Shown one piece after another: positions 1 through 7,929 of a stretch of DNA of 58,780 nucleotides (position 1 is its first letter; the number at the start of each line of letters is the position of its first letter). Source of the stretch: a virus; the IMG/VR virus record IMGVR_UViG_3300045988_043483; one strand, written 5' to 3'. The notes under the pieces were generated by a model, which did no database searches, was not told where the DNA came from, and saw only the letters and a list, made by a program, of their open reading frames with translations. The position numbers and the translations under genes were made by a program.

Positions 1-81
1 ACCTGTCGCAGAGGATGCACCGTAGTCACCTGTCGCAGAAGATGCACCGCAGTAACCTGTCGCAGAAGATGCACCGCAGTC
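1..81 (-). repeat. Three 27-bp tandem coding repeats (units 10-12 of a 12-unit array that begins at 58483)
   Basis: Unit is acctgtcgcaga[g/a]gatgcacc plus a variable hexamer (gtagtc/gcagta/gcagtc). Nt 1-55 are identical to 58726-58780. Confidence 0.9.
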
Positions 82-423
82 TTCATCACTTCTAGCTTCT
101 TTTTTAACTCTGCTCATAGTAAAATCAATGGCTGCCTTTACCAGTCCAGCAACGTCCAGTCTTACACCGACCTTAATTTTTGTTGATGCAACCTTGGAAT
201 CATCTTCACCTCTGTCAAATTCACCGCTCTGCTCCACCTCATGGTAAACAGATTCGTTCGGCGAATAGTAACCAAGGCAATCCAGAGGATGTTCACAAGC
301 ATGGAATCCACTATGACATACATCTGCTGTTTCCTCTTCGTACTCCTTGCCCTCTTCGTACTGGAATCCACGGCAAGTCATGTCCTTGTTGAATCCTTTG
401 TAACTTTTAATTACTTCTGCCAT
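1..423 (-). CDS. Repeat-containing phage protein, N-terminal part. The gene crosses the circular junction and continues at 58725->58180.
   Basis: ATG at 423 with AAGGAG 9 nt upstream. The frame is open to nt 1 (MAEVIKSYKGFNKDMTCRGFQYEEGKEY...HSGFHACEHPLDCLGYY...SDEDC, then GASSATGxx repeats). It is absent from the ORF track because it runs off the window. With the 55-bp overlap removed it is in frame with 58180..58725 (423+546=969 nt, 322 aa). Confidence 0.8.
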   Translation of the reverse strand, partial: MAEVIKSYKGFNKDMTCRGFQYEEGKEYEEETADVCHSGFHACEHPLDCLGYYSPNESVYHEVEQSGEFDRGEDDSKVASTKIKVGVRLDVAGLVKAAIDFTMSRVKKEARSDEDCGASSATGYCGASSATGDYGASSATG

Positions 424-628
424 TTTCCGCAGCTCCTTTCTTTATCTTATCTGCAAATAATTTTGTGGTAACTTTTGCTCCAAATTGGGCAAAAGTAATT
501 ATCATAAGTGGGTTTTCTTCAATTAAAGAATCAAACGGCTCTTCTTCCATTGTTTTTACTATTGCTCTGCACATTTCATCAGCAGAAATCTCAACTTTTT
601 TATCCATATCATAATCATCATTAGGCAC
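407..628 (-). CDS. Hypothetical protein (73 aa)
   Basis: Operon-oriented ORF overlapping both neighbours by a few nt. No recognisable motif. Confidence 0.55.
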   Translation of the reverse strand: MPNDDYDMDKKVEISADEMCRAIVKTMEEEPFDSLIEENPLMIITFAQFGAKVTTKLFADKIKKGAAENGRSN

Positions 629-2573
629 TAGGTACTTCCTCCACTTTCAAACTCGCATCATCACTTCTGCGGAACATAATCAACTGACTGTCAACATCAG
701 GAATCTTCCAAGGGTCAAGGCTCTCGGTATCGTCAACCATAATAGGCAATTCCACACCACACCGCTTCTGAAACGCATTGCAAATGTCGATTTCCGTCAG
801 AATCCTTGCTCCGTGGTTCATGTTCCGACTGTAAGGCTCTCCACGGTATGTAAAGTCACAGCATTCCTCCGTGTCACCATTCACAAGAGGTCTGAACATC
901 CGCACAGTGCAGAAAGAAAGATACTTGTTCACATCAGCTTCCAACAGTTCGTTCTTCTTCCGGCTGAATTTCTTTAACAGGTCAAGCTGTGCCTGCACAT
1001 CTGTAATCTTCTGTGCAATGTTCTTGCGCTCCTGTTCCAGTTCTGTGATACGCCTATCCACACTCTCGTTAATGCTTACACTCGCCAAAGACTTATCAAC
1101 CACAGAAATATCATTGCGGATCTGCTCTTCATCACCTTTTAACTGGATTCTGAGAAGATTCATGTCAGTGAATTTGTTCATGGAAGCTTCTTTCTCAGCA
1201 ATCTGTGACTGGACAGCTTTATATTCTTCTGTGTTGGAAATATCCACGCTTGACGGAATGGAATTTAATGCATTATCAGCAATGGCAATCTCTTTCTCCA
1301 AACGCTCCAATTCATCCTCTGTCTTTTTCAGTTCCTCACGCTTATGTTCCAGTTCTGCCTGATCCGCTTTGATATGGTCAGCACAGGAAGAACCCTCTTT
1401 GGTAATCAGTTCCAATTCATGTGCCTTATGCGTATCAAACTCCGTTCTTAACTGCTCTTTCTTCTCTTCCGGATATTCCTGTCCACAGTAGGAGCAAATC
1501 AAAGAGTTTTCATCAAATTTAAGGCTTTTATTCAAATCCCAACTCTTCTTCAATTCCTGTCTCTTCTGCTCATACTGTGCGATACGCTTTTCCAGTGCCG
1601 TGATTTCTTCACGAATGGTATCTGCCTTAAGCAACTCTTTCTGATTCTCATTCTGAACCAGGTTCAGTGCCGTGCGCTTCTCTCTTCTGTCCGCATCCAG
1701 TTTTTCATTTGCTTTCTGCTGCAATGCGCTCAACTGACCTTTTAACTCAATAATTCCATCAGAAAGCTTATCGTAGGACTTCATGCTGTTCTGCGTATCT
1801 GTCTGCTGCTTAATGTTATCTGACAGCTTATCCAGTAAAGCTTTCTTTTTCAGTTCCAGATCCGCAAGGTCAATATCCACTCTCTGACGGCTCACCTCGT
1901 CAATTCGGCTCGGAATTTCATCTAACAGGTCCTGCAAGCCTTTAGTTCCATTTCTTCCCCTTTTGCCGTACAACTGCGTATTGCAACACTTTTTCAGTTC
2001 GTCAACCGTTCCGTCCTGCAGAACAGTCCTTAATGCTTCAAACTCCGGAAATTGATTGCAAATGTCATCATTACTGTGCTGGCCAAACATATCAGCAAGA
2101 ATTGCTCTCTGATCCGTGACACCTTTCAGCAGAAGTGTCATAGCATTGATACAAAGTGAAAACTTATATTTTCCGCATACACTCTCTTCCAAAAATGCTT
2201 CAAAATCTGCTGCCTTTTTTGGAATATCATTCACATAGTAATCCGTGACATTGCCGGTAAACTCGCCTTTCTTATTGAAGTTATGACGGCATACTTTTTT
2301 CAGAACCTTGTCTGTACCGTCAATCTCCACGGTAACTTCTGTGGTAATATCTCCGTCAATGTCATTGCCGTCCTTATCGTGCGGTCTGATTCCGGTGATC
2401 TCTCTGCCGTTCTCGTCACGGCATCCAAAAATATACTGAATTGTTCTTTTGATCGTGGACTTACCTGTTTCATTTACACCGGAAACCTCTGTCCGGTCGT
2501 ATAAATCAGTGTCCACTACGTTAGAACCATAGAACTTGCAGAAATTCTGCAAAAAGATGTGCTTAATCCTCAT
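621..2573 (-). CDS. SMC/Rad50/SbcC-like AAA ATPase with coiled coil and CxxC hook
   Basis: Walker A GVNETGKST near the N-terminus. Long heptad-rich middle containing CSYCGQ. C-terminal LPIMVDDTESLD (Walker B/D-loop). Start moved to ATG 2573 (GGAGG 9-10 nt upstream) instead of the track start at 2648. Confidence 0.75.
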   Translation of the reverse strand: MRIKHIFLQNFCKFYGSNVVDTDLYDRTEVSGVNETGKSTIKRTIQYIFGCRDENGREITGIRPHDKDGNDIDGDITTEVTVEIDGTDKVLKKVCRHNFNKKGEFTGNVTDYYVNDIPKKAADFEAFLEESVCGKYKFSLCINAMTLLLKGVTDQRAILADMFGQHSNDDICNQFPEFEALRTVLQDGTVDELKKCCNTQLYGKRGRNGTKGLQDLLDEIPSRIDEVSRQRVDIDLADLELKKKALLDKLSDNIKQQTDTQNSMKSYDKLSDGIIELKGQLSALQQKANEKLDADRREKRTALNLVQNENQKELLKADTIREEITALEKRIAQYEQKRQELKKSWDLNKSLKFDENSLICSYCGQEYPEEKKEQLRTEFDTHKAHELELITKEGSSCADHIKADQAELEHKREELKKTEDELERLEKEIAIADNALNSIPSSVDISNTEEYKAVQSQIAEKEASMNKFTDMNLLRIQLKGDEEQIRNDISVVDKSLASVSINESVDRRITELEQERKNIAQKITDVQAQLDLLKKFSRKKNELLEADVNKYLSFCTVRMFRPLVNGDTEECCDFTYRGEPYSRNMNHGARILTEIDICNAFQKRCGVELPIMVDDTESLDPWKIPDVDSQLIMFRRSDDASLKVEEVPSA

Positions 2574-2883
2574 TTTTCCTATCCTCCCAAAGATATAAAT
2601 ACAGTGAATTAACAAACATATAGATTGAGACCGGCTTGTCTGTCTCATTGATTTTCTTGTACAACTCTGTGGTTGGGTTCATCTTATCAACAGCCCACTT
2701 GATTGCCCGGTACACGCTTTCCTTGGTTGTGCTGTGTTCCTCTCCGATAATCCGGTAGATTTCAGAAAGTCTTCTGTTCCGGTTCTCAAACATCAGCGTT
2801 TCAACCTCGATGATGTACTGGAATCCCGGCAAGTACTGTTTCAGCCCCAGTTCTACCAAGATTTTTCTTATCTTCCTTTCCAT
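2563..2883 (-). CDS. Spo0A C-terminal (DNA-binding) domain-like regulator
   Basis: MERKIRKILVELGLKQYLPGFQYIIEVE...ESVYRAIKWAVDKM follows the Spo0A_C pattern (helix, G-x-x-YI, V-x-RAI-x-A) as I recall it from clostridial phage homologues. Confidence 0.6.
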   Translation of the reverse strand: MERKIRKILVELGLKQYLPGFQYIIEVETLMFENRNRRLSEIYRIIGEEHSTTKESVYRAIKWAVDKMNPTTELYKKINETDKPVSIYMFVNSLYLYLWEDRKNED

Positions 2884-2902
2884 TTCCTCACTCCTCCGGC
2901 TT

Positions 2903-3025
2903 TCAGTCTTCTGTTACGTGGATCATGTTGTCCTCTTCGCTGATATACAAGATTCCTGCATCTAACAGTCTTGCAATCAGAATCTCATTCGCACGGACGA
3001 TGGGGATAATCTGTCGTTTCTGCAT
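2903..3025 (-). CDS. Small hypothetical protein (40 aa), below the ORF-track cutoff
   Basis: ATG 3025 with AAGGAG 8 nt upstream; MQKRQIIPIVRANEILIARLLDAGILYISEEDNMIHVTED; TGA at 2903-2905. Confidence 0.4.
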   Translation of the reverse strand: MQKRQIIPIVRANEILIARLLDAGILYISEEDNMIHVTED

Positions 3026-3179
3026 AAAAATACTCCTTTCTTAACCATTTTTTCTTCCCGGTATTGCGGTTTACAATTCTGTAATAGAATGCTGTTTCTC
3101 GGTCAACTTCCCATTCTTTCGGACTGTAAAATATCTTTCCGATGCACCCTTTGACGGTAAACCGCTTTTTGGCACTCAT
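2985..3179 (-). CDS. Hypothetical protein (64 aa)
   Basis: Internal ATG (MSAKKRF...) overlaps the stop of the upstream gene, suggesting translational coupling. Confidence 0.45.
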   Translation of the reverse strand: MSAKKRFTVKGCIGKIFYSPKEWEVDRETAFYYRIVNRNTGKKKWLRKEYFYAETTDYPHRPCE

Positions 3180-3568
3180 ACGGTGTCCTCCGCAAGTTTT
3201 CCTTGAATCCACCATACTACATCATCAAAGTTGTTAGCCGAAAAAGAAGTAGCACCATTAGTCCATGTAAATATTTTCCCACCTTCAAATTTTGCAAAAT
3301 ATCTAGGTTTCCAAGGGTCACTATCGGAATCTCTTACGTACACTTTCGTGTCCACAGGCACTTTCGACCAGTCAACAGGTGGTTCAACATATTCCTGCTC
3401 TGCCCATTCTTTGAACCTTTCCCTGCATCTGCTTTTATCACTCCATGCGCAATCGGAACAAGGTATTACATTGCAATCACATAACTTTCCTTCTTTGTCC
3501 ACAGCTATCTCTATACTATCAAGTGCCATGTCAATAATCTGTTCCGCATACTTCTCTCTGTTCGTCAT
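3176..3568 (-). CDS. Hypothetical Cys-rich protein (130 aa)
   Basis: Operon-oriented ORF with a 4-nt overlap with the upstream gene. Confidence 0.55.
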   Translation of the reverse strand: MTNREKYAEQIIDMALDSIEIAVDKEGKLCDCNVIPCSDCAWSDKSRCRERFKEWAEQEYVEPPVDWSKVPVDTKVYVRDSDSDPWKPRYFAKFEGGKIFTWTNGATSFSANNFDDVVWWIQGKLAEDTV

Positions 3569-4038
3569 TTTCCATTCATCCTTTCCAGTTCTGCGCTCCT
3601 GGTTAATATCCAGTCTGCGTAATCACTTAATTCTGTCTTTGTAGCTGCGTTCTTCTCTCCGTGGTAAACCATGAGGACAATTCCTACATCACAGTACTTT
3701 TCAAACAATTCCGACAAGTAGTCTGCTCCCACATGGATATTACCGTCCACGGAGTAAATGTCCGTTACTCCCAAACGATCCATGCGGTCTTTATGCCATC
3801 TGTCAGAAATCTGCATCAGACCTTTGCAACCGCCACTTTCCACATCCGGTCTGCCGGAAGATTCTTTCTCGATCATTGCCATAAGCAGTTCCGGGCAGAT
3901 GCCATATTCCTCACCGTACTTTACACACGATTCCTGTGCTTCCTCGGAGATGAAACTGCCTTTCGGCTGTGCCGTGGATGTAAATGTGATGGAGAGTGCT
4001 ATTATAATAGGAAGAAACAGCTTCAATGTTGTTCTCAT
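3565..4038 (-). CDS. Secreted lytic transglycosylase (SLT domain)
   Basis: N-terminal signal-like segment MRTTLKLFLPIIIALSITFTSTA. Catalytic-type motifs MIEKESSG and GLMQI. Confidence 0.7.
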   Translation of the reverse strand: MRTTLKLFLPIIIALSITFTSTAQPKGSFISEEAQESCVKYGEEYGICPELLMAMIEKESSGRPDVESGGCKGLMQISDRWHKDRMDRLGVTDIYSVDGNIHVGADYLSELFEKYCDVGIVLMVYHGEKNAATKTELSDYADWILTRSAELERMNGK

Positions 4039-4046
4039 ATCACTAC

Positions 4047-4535
4047 TTACCTTTCTGTTAAAATTCTTCCATCTTGGAAGACATACAGACTTTTTACTTT
4101 GAAAAATTCTGATTCTTCTAATTCCAAATCATTACAGTATAAATAGTGTGCTCCGGTTTTTTCATCGTTTTCTCCAAAAACATCATCTGTATAATACAAA
4201 ACCATTGAAGAAAATTCTTTTATGTCATTTTCCGTAACAGGTCTGAGAAGAAGCTTTGATTCTTCCTCTTCATTTGCATGGTCAATGATTGCAATGTGTT
4301 GTCCATCTAAACAATCATCCCTTAAGTAAACAGCAACATTTCGTTCATTGCTTTCAAACCATACAACGACTTCTGCATCATCAGCGTTGGAATTTACATC
4401 CGAAACAGTAAGCCCTACCAAATCCCTTAAATCACTACCATGAAGTACTTTGTTGCCATATTTAAGTCCTCTATCATAATTTGTTTTTCTTACATTTTTA
4501 CAGATTCCGCTATTCACTGAAATATCTCCTTTCAT
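4047..4535 (-). CDS. Hypothetical protein (162 aa)
   Basis: Operon-oriented ORF that abuts 4536..5261. Confidence 0.55.
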   Translation of the reverse strand: MKGDISVNSGICKNVRKTNYDRGLKYGNKVLHGSDLRDLVGLTVSDVNSNADDAEVVVWFESNERNVAVYLRDDCLDGQHIAIIDHANEEEESKLLLRPVTENDIKEFSSMVLYYTDDVFGENDEKTGAHYLYCNDLELEESEFFKVKSLYVFQDGRILTER

Positions 4536-5261
4536 TTAAGCACTTCGCTTTGCTTCTATTTTTCTTCTGATTGCATCAACACCTTTTTGATAAACAAGTG
4601 TTTTTATAGATATATGCTCCTCTCCATTCTTGGTGTATTTCTGCTCTATTACACGAAACCATCCGCAATCAATGTATTTCTGATATGGCACATTCCATCT
4701 ATCCAGGATTGCATTATCACGAAGAAATTCAAATAGGTTGTTACGTCCGAGCCCTTTGATTCCCAATACCTTTGAAACCTCATTCATGGAAATTGCAGTC
4801 TTGCTGTCTGCAACTGCATCAAAGAAATCTGCTTTCGGTCGCATTTCTTCGATTTGCTTATCTTTCTGCGAAATAATGTTCTGTGCTACGATAAGTGCAT
4901 TCGCTACAATCTGCTCTGGGGTCATATTCTCTTGGTTTGCTATGTACCCACCATTCTTTCTGATGGACGGGATCACTTCATCCACAACCCACGATTCAAA
5001 TTTCTCCGCTGATGGCAACTTCGATCTCATAATAAGGCGGTAAACGTCACCCTCATTTATGTATGACAACTCTTGTTTACCACCAGATGTAGGGGTGTCA
5101 CGTTTCGTTACTCCCTTACAGTGGTCTATGACTGCCTTTCTGGGGTTTGCATATCCAAGTGCTGTTGCAACATCAGAAGCCACAAAGTAAGGCTTACCGT
5201 TGATTTCTGCTGTTCTGATTGTTCCAAATTCTTCATTATTAAAAATTTGTAATTCTTCCAT
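4536..5261 (-). CDS. Phage antirepressor (Bro-N domain plus KilAC/ANT C-terminal domain)
   Basis: N-terminus LQIFNNEEFGTIRT...PYFVASDVATALGY...VYRLIMRSKLPSAEKFESWV is a typical Bro-N sequence. C-terminal part has the KilAC-like PKADFFDAVADSKTAISMNEVSKVLG. Confidence 0.8.
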   Translation of the reverse strand: MEELQIFNNEEFGTIRTAEINGKPYFVASDVATALGYANPRKAVIDHCKGVTKRDTPTSGGKQELSYINEGDVYRLIMRSKLPSAEKFESWVVDEVIPSIRKNGGYIANQENMTPEQIVANALIVAQNIISQKDKQIEEMRPKADFFDAVADSKTAISMNEVSKVLGIKGLGRNNLFEFLRDNAILDRWNVPYQKYIDCGWFRVIEQKYTKNGEEHISIKTLVYQKGVDAIRRKIEAKRSA

Positions 5262-5272
5262 GTTTCTCCTTT

Positions 5273-5449
5273 CTATTCAGTTTTAACTCTTCTTGAATCT
5301 TCAAATGCCACAAGGTCATCCTCTGTGATCCTGTATTCTCTTCCTAACTTGATTGCCCCAAGTTTTTTTTGACGAATCCATTCCCAAACAGTAATGACTT
5401 TTACCTTGTATCTCTCTGCTACCTCTTCACAAGTAAACATTTGTGCCAA
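5273..5449 (-). CDS. Small HTH DNA-binding protein (excisionase/MerR-like; Cro/Xis candidate), below the ORF-track cutoff
   Basis: ...MFTCEEVAERYKVKVITVWEWIRQKKLGAIKLGREYRITEDDLVAFE. First gene of the leftward operon. TTG 5449 lies 7 nt after GGAG, with an alternative ATG at 5440. TAG at 5273-5275. Confidence 0.6.
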   Translation of the reverse strand: MAQMFTCEEVAERYKVKVITVWEWIRQKKLGAIKLGREYRITEDDLVAFEDSRRVKTE

Positions 5450-5476
5450 AATATCACTCCTTTCCGTAAATAATAC

Positions 5477-5505
5477 TTGTATATACCTCGGTTTAGTGAT
5501 ATAAT
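5477..5505 (+). promoter_or_regulatory. Rightward sigma70-type promoter TTGTAT-17-TATAAT
   Basis: -35 at 5477-5482, -10 at 5500-5505, 17-nt spacer containing TCGGTTTAG. Confidence 0.6.
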
Positions 5506-5591
5506 CTCCTTTGTCGAACGAGTTACATCTTTTTAACGAAGTATTTTTCTAGAAACTATTTTTATATTTCGTTTTGCCGAGGTATGTACAT

Positions 5592-5620
5592 AGTATATCT
5601 CGCTAAACCGAAGTTGTCAA
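5592..5620 (-). promoter_or_regulatory. Leftward sigma70-type promoter TTGACA-17-TATACT
   Basis: On the minus strand the -35 is at 5620-5615 and the -10 at 5597-5592. The 17-nt spacer contains the same TCGGTTTAG motif. It fires toward the 5477 promoter. Confidence 0.6.
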
Positions 5621-5664
5621 TAGTCTATTTCGTTATGCCGAAATATTTTTTAAGAGGTGATATT

Positions 5665-6384
5665 ATGTACAAAACTTTCGAAAAATTGTGTGAATTAAAA
5701 GGAATTACACCATATAGGTTTGGTAAAGATACTGGTGTTAACTCTTCTACTTTAAGCACATGGAAAAAGAAAAATTCTATGGCAGATCCGAAGACCTCTC
5801 AAAAAGTCTGTGAATACTTTGGAGTATCTATGGACTTCTTAATGGGAAAAACTGATAAAATTGTTTGTGAAGAATGTGGAACAGAATACAATCCATTTGA
5901 TGACTTTGATTGTGCTATTCACGAAAATGTTCATAAAACTATAGAAGCAGCAGAAAAATTAAATATAGACTTGGTTCCATATAAGGATATTATAAAAAAA
6001 CGAGTAGACTATAAAATTAAATTAGAAGATGGAACATTTGACTTTGAAAATGATTTGACCGATTATTTGAAAGTGCGATATTCTGATTATATTTATAACA
6101 ATGTTGGTAGCACTAATCTCATTGACAGAATGGGTTATTATAAGAAATGCCTTGTTGAGATTATCAACAATGGATTTGTGCCGGAAAATAATATAAACAC
6201 TTTTGTAGAATCATTTGGATTAAATAGAGATTACATAGACATGAACGGAGCTTTTATAGCCAGAATAAGCAAAAATTATGATGTGATGAAACTTGCTAAA
6301 ATTGCCGAAAAGCTTCCACCAGAAATGCTCAATATGCTTTTGTTTCAAGCGGAAGCTTTTTACGATAAATATACCAAGGGGTGA
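5665..6384 (+). CDS. XRE-family HTH regulator with a C-terminal domain of unknown function
   Basis: Start moved to ATG 5665 (AGAGGTGA upstream). MYKTFEKLCELKGITPYRFGKDTGVNSSTLSTWKKKNS is a typical HTH_3 sequence. Confidence 0.7.
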   Translation: MYKTFEKLCELKGITPYRFGKDTGVNSSTLSTWKKKNSMADPKTSQKVCEYFGVSMDFLMGKTDKIVCEECGTEYNPFDDFDCAIHENVHKTIEAAEKLNIDLVPYKDIIKKRVDYKIKLEDGTFDFENDLTDYLKVRYSDYIYNNVGSTNLIDRMGYYKKCLVEIINNGFVPENNINTFVESFGLNRDYIDMNGAFIARISKNYDVMKLAKIAEKLPPEMLNMLLFQAEAFYDKYTKG

Positions 6385-6510
6385 TTATTCACCTCTTGTT
6401 TTTTCTTTTACAAATTCATAGAACCACTGCAAAATATAGTTTTCATTTATGCTTCCAAACATATTTGACAACTCTTTTCTGTATTCTTCATTTGTCATTT
6501 CTTTTTCCAT
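6385..6510 (-). CDS. Small hypothetical protein (41 aa), below the ORF-track cutoff
   Basis: ATG 6510 with AGAGGGG about 10 nt upstream; MEKEMTNEEYRKELSNMFGSINENYILQWFYEFVKEKTRGE. Confidence 0.35.
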   Translation of the reverse strand: MEKEMTNEEYRKELSNMFGSINENYILQWFYEFVKEKTRGE

Positions 6511-6743
6511 CGTAACCACGCCCCTCTCTCTTTAATTCTCCACACAATCTAAAGTAGCGAACAAACACATTATAGAACATACGTTCTAAACAATCAATAT
6601 ATTTGACTCACGTTTTTTATTGTTGTAAAATATCAACAAAAGAGGACGGTGAAAACGCCAATAAACACCGCCCTCGCCAGAACTTGAAGTCCCTTGAAAC
6701 AAGGGATGTTACAAGTGTATCATGTGAAAGGGGGATAAAAAAC

Positions 6744-7535
6744 ATGATGAAAAAAGACCGAATCAAAGAAATTTCGACACATTTATCAGTCAACCGTACT
6801 AATTATATGTTAAGTTTTCGTGGAAATCTCCATGAATTTCTAAATGAACCGGACATGACGGTTTACAAGCTTGCTGATGAAGCTAATTTGCCTTATTCTA
6901 CGCTTAATTCACTACTATACGGTAATTCTAACGACACGAAGCTATCGACCGCTGTTGCGCTTGCTAGAGCCTTCGGAATAAGTGTAGACGAACTGGTAGG
7001 TTGCGGCACTATGGAAGATAAGATGTTGGAATCTGTCAAGATATGCCGCAGTCTTCCGGAACACTCTCTGTATCTTATCCGTTACTTCATACGTCACCAA
7101 GCTAAAATCTATTCCAGTCTTGAAAAATCGCACAAGTATATTTCTGTTCTTAATCCACAACTTATGAATGGAATTATCGCAACCACAAATGCTGTGGAAC
7201 CCATGTGCATAGACAGTTTGCCGGAAGACATAAAATCCAAGGCTTATATCGGTGTGAAAATTCCGTGCGACTACTATATGCCGTTTTATCTGCCTGGGGA
7301 AATTATTCTCCTTGCAGCGGATCGTGAGCCGCAAGACGGTGAACGATGTATTGTGACCAGTAATGGTGGGATTTATATTGTCGTGAAAACACATATAATT
7401 AAAGATGGTGTAAGAAAATGGAGACATGTTCCGCTTATGTCTCCGAACAGCATACTCCCGGAAAATCTTATTGATGACATGATAGGATATGTGGTTGGTT
7501 TCGTCAACAATGACGGTGACTGGGGAATCAGATAA
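6744..7535 (+). CDS. CI-like repressor: XRE HTH plus a LexA/S24-like C-terminal fold
   Basis: Start moved to ATG 6744 (AAGGGGGA upstream). HTH: MTVYKLADEANLPYSTLNSLLYGN. C-terminus GEIILLAADREPQDGERCIVTSNGGIYIVVK...IGYVVGFV follows the S24 beta-fold pattern, but no G-D/M-S-M nucleophile motif is evident (CDYYMP instead). Confidence 0.65.
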   Translation: MMKKDRIKEISTHLSVNRTNYMLSFRGNLHEFLNEPDMTVYKLADEANLPYSTLNSLLYGNSNDTKLSTAVALARAFGISVDELVGCGTMEDKMLESVKICRSLPEHSLYLIRYFIRHQAKIYSSLEKSHKYISVLNPQLMNGIIATTNAVEPMCIDSLPEDIKSKAYIGVKIPCDYYMPFYLPGEIILLAADREPQDGERCIVTSNGGIYIVVKTHIIKDGVRKWRHVPLMSPNSILPENLIDDMIGYVVGFVNNDGDWGIR

Positions 7536-7542
7536 ATAGATT

Positions 7543-7575
7543 AAGAGCATGGCTTTTACACCATGCTCTTTTTTG
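7543..7575 (+). terminator. Rho-independent terminator after the CI-like gene
   Basis: AAGAGCATGG-cttttaca-CCATGCTCTT followed by TTTTT. Confidence 0.8.
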
Positions 7576-7598
7576 TTGTTATTTCGCAAATATTTTTT

Positions 7599-7904
7599 AT
7601 GACTGCTTCTGTAAATGGCAAGTTAAACACTAAATTAGATACTAGCAGTTATGTCAAGAGTTCTAATGGTTCTCTTTTGGGACTGGTAAAAAATAATGAA
7701 GTATGGCTTATTATCTTTAACCGTATATCTACAGCAGACACTTGTGTTTGTGTAGCATCAAGATATGCTGATGTGGTTAGTGCTCATACTATATCAAAAT
7801 CGGATACTATGGTTGTCGAGTATAATAATCAAGGCACGATTACGGTAAAATACAACGGATCTACAAATGGCGTATATGGCGGAGCTTTTAAATTTTTCGG
7901 TTAA
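7599..7904 (+). CDS. Silent alternative tail-fibre C-terminal cassette (promoterless, no SD)
   Basis: The ORF lies tail-to-tail with the fibre gene. Its ATG sits immediately after the terminator with no RBS. Codons 5-10 (VNGKLN) lie in the 18-bp inverted repeat shared with the fibre gene. Confidence 0.5.
   Translation: MTASVNGKLNTKLDTSSYVKSSNGSLLGLVKNNEVWLIIFNRISTADTCVCVASRYADVVSAHTISKSDTMVVEYNNQGTITVKYNGSTNGVYGGAFKFFG
7610..7627. repeat. Inverted repeat, left copy: TGTAAATGGCAAGTTAAA
   Basis: 17/18 identical to the reverse complement of 8174-8191. Both copies are in the same codon phase. Confidence 0.85.
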
Positions 7905-7929
7905 ATTCATATGAAGAATAGCAAATAAG

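Noticed and set aside
1-55. The 55-bp direct terminal repeat as a biological DTR or cos end
   Set aside because: Its length equals a standard assembler k-mer. It falls inside a tandem repeat and inside a gene that reads in frame through it. It is most simply a circular-contig artefact. This cannot be proven without reads.
162-471. Track ORFs 162..371(-), 180..392(+) and 241..471(+)
   Set aside because: All three overlap the much better minus-strand frame 423->1, which has an RBS and a coherent domain-like sequence.
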